Under the pieces are notes generated by a model that was given only the letters and a program-made list of their open reading frames with translations, made no database searches and had not been told where the DNA came from. Shown one piece after another: positions 28,782 through 36,535 of a DNA stretch of 64,000 nt (position 1 is the first letter of the stretch; each line of letters begins with the position of its first letter). The DNA lies in assembly GCA_020725175.1 (NCBI GenBank), contig DYFM01000005.1, positions 1,855-65,854 on the forward strand. Direction: 5' to 3'. A program made the position numbers and the translations under genes. The stretch is from Candidatus Paceibacter sp. Lineage in GTDB: Bacteria; Patescibacteriota; Patescibacteriia; Magasanikbacterales; UBA922.

Positions 28782-29378
28782 ATGTCCAAAGAAGTCATTT
28801 TCGATATAGAAACCATCGGTGATATAAAAGATCTGAGCACTATGAAAATCACAGTCGTTTCTATTTACGACTATGAAACCAACGCATACTATTCATTTGA
28901 CGAACATGAGTTACATGGTCTTTGGCCATACATGGAAAAAGCGGAACGAATTATTGGGTACAACAGTGAACACTTTGATTTGCCTATTCTCAATCGCTAT
29001 TACGCCGGTGATCTGACGAAGTTTCCGCACTTGGATTTATTGGTCGTCATTAAAGAAATGGCCGGTAAACGCTACAAACTGGATGATATAGCAAAAGCAA
29101 CACTTCAAATAAGTAAAAGTGCCGATGGATTACAAGCAATGAAATGGTATGAGGAGGGGAGAATTGATGAGATTAAAAAATACTGTGAACAAGATGTAAA
29201 AGTTACCAAAGAAGTGTATGAGTTTGGATTAAAAAATAAAATGCTTTATTATCCAACCCTCACCGGCGATCTTATGCCAATTGCCGTTAATTTTGATATG
29301 CCGGTTCAACCGGTGGGAGTATCTGGAGGAGAAGTGGGGAATGATGGAAAAAGTTTTAACTTGACTTTGCCCTTCTAA
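28782..29378 (+). CDS. YprB-like RNase H-fold (DEDD) exonuclease domain protein
   Basis: FDIET, IGYNSEHFD, YCEQDV. Confidence 0.8.
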   Translation: MSKEVIFDIETIGDIKDLSTMKITVVSIYDYETNAYYSFDEHELHGLWPYMEKAERIIGYNSEHFDLPILNRYYAGDLTKFPHLDLLVVIKEMAGKRYKLDDIAKATLQISKSADGLQAMKWYEEGRIDEIKKYCEQDVKVTKEVYEFGLKNKMLYYPTLTGDLMPIAVNFDMPVQPVGVSGGEVGNDGKSFNLTLPF

Positions 29379-29555
29379 GCATTGATTATACAGATTTTAG
29401 ACGGATTACGCAGAGATGTCTAAACATTGATTACACAGATTAAAAAAGATTGCACAGAGGTGTAATCTTTTTTGTCTGAATTTAGTTATAAGTAGGTTTA
29501 AGACCGATCAGTGTAATCATCCTGTAATCCCTCTAAAATCTGTATAATCAATGCT
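29378..29555. repeat. 178-bp element with perfect 24-bp terminal inverted repeats and internal ACAGAT/GATTAC units
   Basis: AGCATTGATTATACAGATTTTAGA (29378-29401) / TCTAAAATCTGTATAATCAATGCT (29532-29555). Confidence 0.88.
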
Positions 29556-30246
29556 AAAAGATTTCAAAATGCACTTCCTTTGCATCCACTCCATTTTTTA
29601 GAAGAATCTCTCGAACATCTTTCACCATAGCAGCGCTGCCACAAAGGTAAAAACTATGGGAAACCAAATGGTGAAGAATATGTTCTGTTACACGACCGCG
29701 TAGTCCAGACCAGCCTCCATCCGGTTTTGGTTGAGAGAGAGTAATTTGATAGTCAAATAGAGGATGTTGTTGTTTTAAGACTTCTAATCTATCTGCCCAA
29801 AACACATCTTCTTCATTTCGAACTCCAAAAAGTAGTCGGATTTCTTTGCCGGTTTTTTTTACTTCCAGTTCTTCTCGTATCATTCCCATAATCGGAGCCA
29901 GTCCGGCTCCGGTAGCGACAAAATAGTAGGCCTGTACATCATTTGTGCAAACAAACCGCCCCCGTGGACCACGAAATTCAGCTGTTTCTCCTACAGTTAG
30001 ATTTTGAAAATAATTTGATGCTTTTCCATCCGGAAGACACTTTACACACAATTCCAAGTGCTCATCTTGTGAGGTGGACGCAAGTGAATATGACCGGATA
30101 ATAGGTTCATCACCGGGTACAAAAAATTGAATAAACTGCCCGGCTTCAAAAGTGAAATCAGTAGGCTTAGTGAAATGAAGTTCTAGGGTATTATTGGCAA
30201 TTTTTTCTTTTGAGATGAGCGTTGTGGTGTAGCGTTCGTTGGACAT
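29554..30246 (-). CDS. FAD/NAD(P)-binding oxidoreductase (FNR family)
   Basis: RSYS, GKAS, ATGAGLAP, YLCG. Confidence 0.9.
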   Translation of the reverse strand: MSNERYTTTLISKEKIANNTLELHFTKPTDFTFEAGQFIQFFVPGDEPIIRSYSLASTSQDEHLELCVKCLPDGKASNYFQNLTVGETAEFRGPRGRFVCTNDVQAYYFVATGAGLAPIMGMIREELEVKKTGKEIRLLFGVRNEEDVFWADRLEVLKQQHPLFDYQITLSQPKPDGGWSGLRGRVTEHILHHLVSHSFYLCGSAAMVKDVREILLKNGVDAKEVHFEIF

Positions 30247-30287
30247 ACTGAGAGGAAATATTATTCTTTTAATTTTATGTGTGGGTG

Positions 30288-30360
30288 AATAGACCTCGGA
30301 TATAACAGATGAAACGGATCAGTTCTAATCCGTTTCATCTGTTATATCCGTGTTGCTATT
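30288..30360. repeat. ATAGACC-family palindrome with perfect 23-bp stem
   Basis: CGGATATAACAGATGAAACGGAT-8 nt-ATCCGTTTCATCTGTTATATCCG. Confidence 0.85.
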
Positions 30361-30379
30361 ATTTATATAAGTGTAATGA

Positions 30380-30424
30380 TTGACAATTCGCTAAATTTCC
30401 TATATCATACTCCGCAAGTATGAT
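30380..30424 (+). promoter_or_regulatory. suf locus promoter with overlapping inverted repeat (candidate Rrf2 operator)
   Basis: TTGACA-17-TATCAT; ATCATACT-N5-AGTATGAT at 30404-30424. Confidence 0.6.
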
Positions 30425-30439
30425 TTTTTCAAGCTGTGT

Positions 30440-30829
30440 ATGATCAAAATCAGCAAACAAGTCGATTATGGTATTCAATTTTTGCAAGAATTAGCTAAAA
30501 AAGAAGCTAATTCACCGCTTAGTATAGCAGATTTTTCCAAAAAGTCCAGTATTTCTTTTCTTTTTCTACAAAAAATAGCCAAAAAACTGAAAGATGCCAA
30601 CATGGTTACTGCTACCAAAGGTGCCAATGGTGGATATATATTAAAACGACCACTGTCAACCATCAATATGAAAGAACTTATTGAAACCATTGATGGCTCA
30701 TTTGGAGTTGTTGATTGCCAAAAAAAAGGAAAGGCTTGCCCAAAAGAAAAGAAATGTGGAGTAAAGCCATTGTTTGAAGGAGTGAATGAACAAGTCTTGT
30801 CAGTGTTGTCTTCGACCTATCTAATGTAA
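30440..30829 (+). CDS. Rrf2 family regulator with three C-terminal Cys
   Basis: KGANGGYIL; CQKKGKACPKEKKC. Confidence 0.9.
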   Translation: MIKISKQVDYGIQFLQELAKKEANSPLSIADFSKKSSISFLFLQKIAKKLKDANMVTATKGANGGYILKRPLSTINMKELIETIDGSFGVVDCQKKGKACPKEKKCGVKPLFEGVNEQVLSVLSSTYLM

Positions 30830-30897
30830 ATAATTGTTATTCGTCAGTTCAAATCCGCTTTATCTGTTTTATTCGCAGATCAATCAAGTTCAACGTT

Positions 30898-32307
30898 ATG
30901 CCTAAAAAAAAGTCACAACTTCATTTTGACGTAAACCGAACACTCTACGAACAAGCCAACGAAGATCGATCGCGATACAGAGCGACTCCGGGGCTTACAG
31001 AAGATGTGGTACGAGAAATTTCATCTCAAAAAAATGAGCCGAATTGGATGTTGGAAAAACGACTGAAGGCACTTGCGTTATTTCAAGAAAAACCGATACC
31101 CACGTGGGGACCAAGCCTAGCAAACCTCAATTTGGATGAGATTGTATATTTTGTTCGCCCTGATACCGAAGAAGCCAGAAAATGGGAAGATGTGCCGGAT
31201 GATATCAAAAAAACCTTTGAGCGTTTGGGAATTCCTGAAGCTGAGCGAACCGCTCTTGCTGGTGTCGGCGCACAATATGATTCTGATGTAGTCTATCATA
31301 GTATCAAAGAAGATCTTCAAAAAAAGGGAGTAATTTTTGAAAACATGGATGTGGCGGTAAAGGAATATCCTGAACTGGTACAAAAGTACTTTATGACACA
31401 GTGCGTACCAATTCATGATCATAAATTTGTTATGCTTCACGCAGCCGTGTGGTCAGGCGGGACATTTATTTATATACCAAAAGGTGTCAAAGTAGAACTT
31501 CCGCTCCAAGCATATTTTCGAATGAATGCTGAAAGTGGGGGGCAATTTGAGCATACACTCATTATTGCGGATGAAGACGCGGAGGTTTCTTACATTGAGG
31601 GCTGCTCTGCACCACGCTATACCACAAATTCACTTCATGCCGGTTGTGTAGAAATTTTTGTTCATAAAAATGCAACAGTGCGATATTACTCTATTGAAAA
31701 TTGGTCCAAAAATACCTACAACTTAAATACCAAGCGTGCCCTCGTCGATGCCGGTGGAAGAATTGAGTGGGTGAGTGGTAATATGGGTTCTGGAACTACT
31801 ATGCTGTATCCGGCATCAATTTTGCGTGGTGAAGGAGCTTCAGCAGATAATCTCGGCATTGCAGTAGCCGGTCCGGGACAGCATCAGGATATTGGAGCGA
31901 AAACGTTTCATGTGGCACCAAGAACCAAATCAGTTACTCGTTCTCGGTCAATTTCGTTTGGGGGAGGTATTGCCAGTTTTCGAGGAATAGTAAAAGTAAG
32001 TAGAAACGCGGTTGAAAGTGATTGTTCGGTCTCGTGTGATGCTTTACTCCTTGATGGAAAGTCCAGCGCCTACACATATCCCGGAATGGAAATAAATACC
32101 AATGATGTGACAGCAGCTCACGAAGCGAAGACGGGGAAAATTGACGAGGAAGTATTGTTTTATTTGATGAGTAGAGGACTGTCGCAAGAACAGGCGACAC
32201 AATTGGTCGTTGGGGGATTTGTCGAACCGATTGTGAAAGCACTACCGCTTGAATACGCACTCGAGCTGAATCGATTGGTGGAGATGGAGATTGAGGGGTC
32301 TGTCTAG
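30898..32307 (+). CDS. sufB: Fe-S cluster assembly protein SufB
   Basis: AVWSGGTF, GQFEHTLII, YIEGCSAP, FYLMSRG. Confidence 0.95.
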   Translation: MPKKKSQLHFDVNRTLYEQANEDRSRYRATPGLTEDVVREISSQKNEPNWMLEKRLKALALFQEKPIPTWGPSLANLNLDEIVYFVRPDTEEARKWEDVPDDIKKTFERLGIPEAERTALAGVGAQYDSDVVYHSIKEDLQKKGVIFENMDVAVKEYPELVQKYFMTQCVPIHDHKFVMLHAAVWSGGTFIYIPKGVKVELPLQAYFRMNAESGGQFEHTLIIADEDAEVSYIEGCSAPRYTTNSLHAGCVEIFVHKNATVRYYSIENWSKNTYNLNTKRALVDAGGRIEWVSGNMGSGTTMLYPASILRGEGASADNLGIAVAGPGQHQDIGAKTFHVAPRTKSVTRSRSISFGGGIASFRGIVKVSRNAVESDCSVSCDALLLDGKSSAYTYPGMEINTNDVTAAHEAKTGKIDEEVLFYLMSRGLSQEQATQLVVGGFVEPIVKALPLEYALELNRLVEMEIEGSV

Positions 32308-32376
32308 CTAAACATTGTCATCCTGAATGTAGCCGAAGCGATGTGAAGGATTTGTCAAAAATAAAAAGAAAATAAT

Positions 32377-32463
32377 TGATAGAGCTTCGGATTTAACGGA
32401 TTGGACGAATTAGAACGGATCAGTTAATATCCGTTTCATCCGTTAAATCCGAAGGTCTATTCA
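32377..32463. repeat. ATAGACC-family palindrome
   Basis: atagagcttcggatttaacggat...atccgttaaatccgaaggtctat. Confidence 0.8.
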
Positions 32464-32524
32464 ACCCTTAAAAATGTAGAAGCCCGCCGTGATTCTCTCG
32501 AATGGCGGCGGGCAGTGCTCACCC

Positions 32525-32611
32525 TCACCTGTTTTTCCCCCAAAACAGGAAGAGGGCGAGCAGTACTTGGAATCCACCGAGGATTCCAAGTACGATAAAG
32601 ACGGCTTCCAT
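32525..32611 (-). CDS. Small 28-aa hydrophobic peptide (MEAVFIVLGILGGFQVLLALFLFWGKNR)
   Basis: SD AAAGGAGGT before ATG; TGaTATACT at 32656-32664; single TM with basic tail; downstream GC hairpin. Confidence 0.65.
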   Translation of the reverse strand: MEAVFIVLGILGGFQVLLALFLFWGKNR

Positions 32612-32665
32612 TTTTACCTCCTTTCCACCCGTAGCCGTCATTGGGTGGCTAGACTAGTATATCAT

Positions 32666-33895
32666 ATGCTTTTAAATCTAAAAGAATGTAAGATTTGCTT
32701 TCCAATATTCCAAAAACACCCCAATCTAGTCTATCTAGATTCAGCTTCCAGTACCCAAACACCACAAACTGTTCTTGATGCAGTGAACGATTACTATATA
32801 AACTACCGAGCAAATATTCATCGAGGATTATATGATTTGAGTGGTACTGCAACACAGAAATATGAGGAAGCCAGAAAAACAGTAGGAAAGTTTATCAGCG
32901 CAAGTTCGAAAGAAATTGTCTTCACATCCGGAACAACTCATGGTCTAAATCTACTCGCCTCAGGAGTACAAAATACTCTTCAGCCGGGTGATAATATTGT
33001 GTTGACTGAAATGGAACATCATGCGAATTTAATTCCGTGGCAAAAAATTGCAAAGAAGAAGGGGATGGAGCTACGATTTATACCAATGAACAGGGAACAG
33101 AGGACAGGGAACAGTTACGAATTGGGTGTTTCTGACATTGAAAATTTGATTGATGAAAAGACGAAAATCGTATCTTTTACTCTGGTATCAAATACGCTCG
33201 GAACAATTAATCCGGCGGAAGAAATTATTGCTCGAGCAAAAAAAATTGGTGCAATCACAATTGTCGACGCAGCACAGGCAATGGCGCACATGCCGATTGA
33301 TGTAAAGATATTAGACTGCGATTTTATGGTATTTTCCGGACATAAAATGTATGGTCCAACCGGAATTGGTGTTTTATACGGAAAAAAAGAAAGGTTGGAA
33401 GCACTTGAACCATTTTTTTATGGCGGAGACATGGTCCGTTCTGTATCGTATGAAGATGCAACTTGGGCAGATGTACCGGAAAAATTTGAAGGGGGTACGC
33501 CAAATATTGCGGGTGCGATTGGACTTGGTGCTGCGGTTGAATTTATTCAGTCTACTGGGTTTGATAAAATACAGAATCACGAAACACAATTAACTAATAA
33601 ACTAATAAACCAATTAAATAGTATACCTGATGCTCGGATAATTGGATTGAATTCAGAGGAAAAAAGAATTGGAGTAGTCTCATTTTTACTAAAAGACATT
33701 CATCCTCACGATGTGGCGGAAATATTGAATCGCGACCAGGTATGTGTCCGTACTGGGCATCACTGCACTATGCCACTTATGAAGAAACTTGGTTTACCAG
33801 GAACAGTACGTGCTTCAGTTGGGATTTACAATACGGAAGATGATATTGATAAACTTTTTGCGTCTTTAGCGAGAGTTATGGCTGTTTTTAAATAG
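32666..33895 (+). CDS. sufS: Cysteine desulfurase SufS
   Basis: YLDSASS, SGHKMYGP, RTGHHC; start moved to 32666. Confidence 0.95.
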   Translation: MLLNLKECKICFPIFQKHPNLVYLDSASSTQTPQTVLDAVNDYYINYRANIHRGLYDLSGTATQKYEEARKTVGKFISASSKEIVFTSGTTHGLNLLASGVQNTLQPGDNIVLTEMEHHANLIPWQKIAKKKGMELRFIPMNREQRTGNSYELGVSDIENLIDEKTKIVSFTLVSNTLGTINPAEEIIARAKKIGAITIVDAAQAMAHMPIDVKILDCDFMVFSGHKMYGPTGIGVLYGKKERLEALEPFFYGGDMVRSVSYEDATWADVPEKFEGGTPNIAGAIGLGAAVEFIQSTGFDKIQNHETQLTNKLINQLNSIPDARIIGLNSEEKRIGVVSFLLKDIHPHDVAEILNRDQVCVRTGHHCTMPLMKKLGLPGTVRASVGIYNTEDDIDKLFASLARVMAVFK

Positions 33896-33972
33896 ACCGC
33901 GGATTTAACGGATGGAACGAATTAAAACGGATCCGTTCCAATCGGTCTAATCTGTTAAATCTGCGGTCTATT
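33891..33972. repeat. ATAGACC-family palindrome containing the sufS stop codon
   Basis: AATAGACCGCGGATTTAAC...GTTAAATCTGCGGTCTATT. Confidence 0.85.
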
Positions 33973-33983
33973 AAGCATAATCT

Positions 33984-34376
33984 ATGAAGCAAACCGACCC
34001 AATCTACAAAGAAATGATCCTATATCTATATAAAAATCCACTAAACAAAAAACAGTTGGCCGATTTTGATTGTTCACATAAAGAATACAATCCCAGCTGT
34101 GGAGACGAAATAGAAATCATGATCAAATTTGATGAGTCCGGTAAAATTATCGATATTGGACACCAAGGTGAAGGCTGTGCTGTTTCACAAGCAGCGGTTT
34201 CTTTGTTGACAGAAGAAGTAAAGGGTAAAAGCAAAGAAGAGGTGATGAGTTTGACTGAAGAGGAAATGATTAACATGCTGGAAATTCCTATTTCTCACAC
34301 GAGATCAAAATGTGCATTACTGGGTTTGAAAACTATTCTATTTTGTTTTGATAGACCTTCGAATAAGACGAATTAA
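33984..34376 (+). CDS. sufU: SufU/IscU-type scaffold
   Basis: NPSCGD, GCAVSQA, RSKCA. Confidence 0.9.
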   Translation: MKQTDPIYKEMILYLYKNPLNKKQLADFDCSHKEYNPSCGDEIEIMIKFDESGKIIDIGHQGEGCAVSQAAVSLLTEEVKGKSKEEVMSLTEEEMINMLEIPISHTRSKCALLGLKTILFCFDRPSNKTN

Positions 34377-34435
34377 ACGGATATTAACAGATCCCTTCTA
34401 ATCAGTTGCACTCGTTAAATCCGAAGATCTATCAA
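34348..34435. repeat. ATAGACC-family palindrome overlapping the sufU 3' end
   Basis: TTGATAGACCTTCG...CGAAGATCTATCAA; encodes terminal DRPSNKTN-stop. Confidence 0.8.
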
Positions 34436-34443
34436 CATTTTAT

Positions 34444-35172
34444 ATGCTACAAACAAAAAATCTCCATGTATCAGTAGAAGAAAAAGAAATTCTTCAAAAC
34501 ATCAATCTCTCCATTAAGCCCGGTGAACTTCATGTAATTCTCGGCCCAAACGGATCTGGAAAATCTACACTTGCCAATAGTCTTATGGGACATCCATCAT
34601 ATAACGTCACAGATGGTAAAATAGAGATTGATGGTATTGATATCACACATGAACAAGTGAATAAGCGAGCCAAGGCTGGACTATTTCTTTCGTTACAAAA
34701 CACACCGGAAATTCAAGGTGTTACTGTTTCAAATTTTTTACGAACAGTGATCAGTAGCAAAACAGGTGAGAAGCTTCATCCGGTAAAATTTTATAAGACC
34801 CTACAAGAAAAAATGAAGGAGCTTCAAATAAATCCTGAGTTTGCAAAACGGTACATTAATGTCGGATTTTCCGGTGGAGAAAAGAAACGGCTAGAGATTC
34901 TTCAACTGTTGCTCCTTAACCCAAAATATGCTATTCTCGATGAAACAGATTCTGGGCTTGATGTTGATGCACAAAAAATAGTAGCTGAAGGAATAACAAC
35001 ATTTCATGGAGCAGGAAACGCGGTATTACTTATCACTCATCATCATAAACTGTTAGATTATCTGAATCCTGATATGGTACACATTATGAAAGAAGGCAAA
35101 ATCATGAAAACCGGCACCGCTGAACTAGCTAAAACAATCTTACAACAAGGTTTTTCCAATCTAACCATATGA
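34444..35172 (+). CDS. sufC: Fe-S assembly ATPase SufC
   Basis: GPNGSGKSTL, GFSGGEKKR, LDETDSGLD. Confidence 0.95.
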   Translation: MLQTKNLHVSVEEKEILQNINLSIKPGELHVILGPNGSGKSTLANSLMGHPSYNVTDGKIEIDGIDITHEQVNKRAKAGLFLSLQNTPEIQGVTVSNFLRTVISSKTGEKLHPVKFYKTLQEKMKELQINPEFAKRYINVGFSGGEKKRLEILQLLLLNPKYAILDETDSGLDVDAQKIVAEGITTFHGAGNAVLLITHHHKLLDYLNPDMVHIMKEGKIMKTGTAELAKTILQQGFSNLTI

Positions 35173-35456
35173 TCACAAAAGAACGAATTATTGAGGAACT
35201 TGAAACCATTATCGATCCGGAAATTGGTCTTGATTTGTGGACACTTGGACTCATTTACAACATCAATATCGAAAGTGAAGAAAAAGTCATTATTACTCTC
35301 ACATACACAACCCCCCTGTGCCCATATGGTCCAGCTATCAATACTGAGGTCACTGATGCCATGCGGTCACTCGGCTTTAAGGCAGTAGAAATTGATCTGA
35401 CGTTTGATCCGCCTTGGAAACCACCGGAGAATCTGCGAGAGATGATGGGGGTGTAA
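35169..35456 (+). CDS. DUF59/SufT-like metal-sulfur cluster protein
   Basis: DPEIG, LGLIY, TTPLCP, FDPPW. Confidence 0.9.
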   Translation: MITKERIIEELETIIDPEIGLDLWTLGLIYNINIESEEKVIITLTYTTPLCPYGPAINTEVTDAMRSLGFKAVEIDLTFDPPWKPPENLREMMGV

Positions 35457-35515
35457 TACTTATGAGTACAAAATGCAGTACACCCGCATTTCGTATTTCA
35501 CGTGTAGACAGAATT

Positions 35516-35872
35516 ATGAAAGTTCAAAAAAAAGTTCGCGTCTGCTCCTCGCGTTCCTGCACGGTATTTGGGAGTAAAAGAATCATGCAGAGTATTACAG
35601 ATGCTACTGGCTTGAAACCAGGAGAAAAAGATGATACAATGGATCTTGATTGGTGTGGTTGTTTGGGGTACTGTGCCAAGTCTCCAAATGTTCAGATCAA
35701 TGATGATCAGTATATTTTTACTGCTAAACCAGATACTATTATGCAAGATATTCAACAAGGAGGCGTCAACATGGTCGGAAAAGAACTTGATATCGAACGA
35801 GTATATCAAGATTTATTTAAAGATGATATATTGGAGCAACCATTACCAACAGTTGATATTTCAGAGGAGTAA
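35516..35872 (+). CDS. Thioredoxin-like [2Fe-2S] ferredoxin (NuoE-like)
   Basis: CSSRSC ... CLGYC; start uncertain. Confidence 0.8.
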   Translation: MKVQKKVRVCSSRSCTVFGSKRIMQSITDATGLKPGEKDDTMDLDWCGCLGYCAKSPNVQINDDQYIFTAKPDTIMQDIQQGGVNMVGKELDIERVYQDLFKDDILEQPLPTVDISEE

Positions 35873-35945
35873 TACACAGTGTAGCGCAAATAGTTAGGAC
35901 TGCACGTTAATTTAACCTACCGCAGTGTTACAATTGTAATGTTCT

Positions 35946-36266
35946 ATGCTAGATACAGCAAATAACAACACCCCACACAACGACGTGATACTTCCAAACG
36001 ATTTACCGGATGATATCTCCCAAAACGTTCGCAAAGAAGGAAAGATTCGACGTATTGTTGTAGACAGACAAGCCTGTATTGGAGCTAGATCTTGTGTATT
36101 GGTAGCCGAAAAAGTGTTTCAAATGGATGACCAGAATCTCGCGTACGTCACTACTGATGTTGACAGTACCGATGAAGATACGATCAAAATGGCCGCTGAA
36201 GTGTGTCCGGTACTAGCAATTCATTTGTACGACAAAGAGGGGAATAAGCTGTTTCCGGAAGAATAA
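35946..36266 (+). CDS. Single-cluster ferredoxin
   Basis: CIGARSC ... CPVLAI. Confidence 0.85.
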   Translation: MLDTANNNTPHNDVILPNDLPDDISQNVRKEGKIRRIVVDRQACIGARSCVLVAEKVFQMDDQNLAYVTTDVDSTDEDTIKMAAEVCPVLAIHLYDKEGNKLFPEE

Positions 36267-36283
36267 TATATGGTAACAAATCT

Positions 36284-36313
36284 AACACGACCGCTTATTC
36301 GGTCGTGTTTTTT
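36284..36313. terminator. Terminator after ferredoxin
   Basis: AACACGACCG-CTTATT-CGGTCGTGTT + T-run. Confidence 0.8.
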
Positions 36314-36371
36314 GTTTAATGGGAAGTGGGCGGGCGGGTACTCGGCAACGTGCTTTTCCCCGCCCCCCTGC

Positions 36372-36464
36372 CTAGATCGACTGGTGGCACTGCCACCAGT
36401 CGACCAGGCATAGGATCACCGCCAACACTGCGTTGACGGTGATCACCCACAGGAGGATAACCAT
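36372..36464 (-). CDS. Small 30-aa hydrophobic peptide (MVILLWVITVNAVLAVILCLVDWWQCHQSI)
   Basis: SD AGGAGGTG before ATG; TGtTATACT at 36485-36493; single TM. Confidence 0.6.
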   Translation of the reverse strand: MVILLWVITVNAVLAVILCLVDWWQCHQSI

Positions 36465-36535
36465 TTTTCACCTCCTGTGCCAAAAGTATAACAATAAACA
36501 CAGCTCATTGTAAGCTGTGTTTATTTAGTAGGTGT

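Noticed and set aside
32314-32351. TGTCATCCTGAA...GAAGGAT short repeat-like motif
   Set aside because: Only one degenerate copy seen and no associated nuclease gene; too weak to call.
32489-32665. N-terminal extension of the sufS ORF
   Set aside because: No desulfurase-like sequence; it is the antisense of the structured peptide unit.
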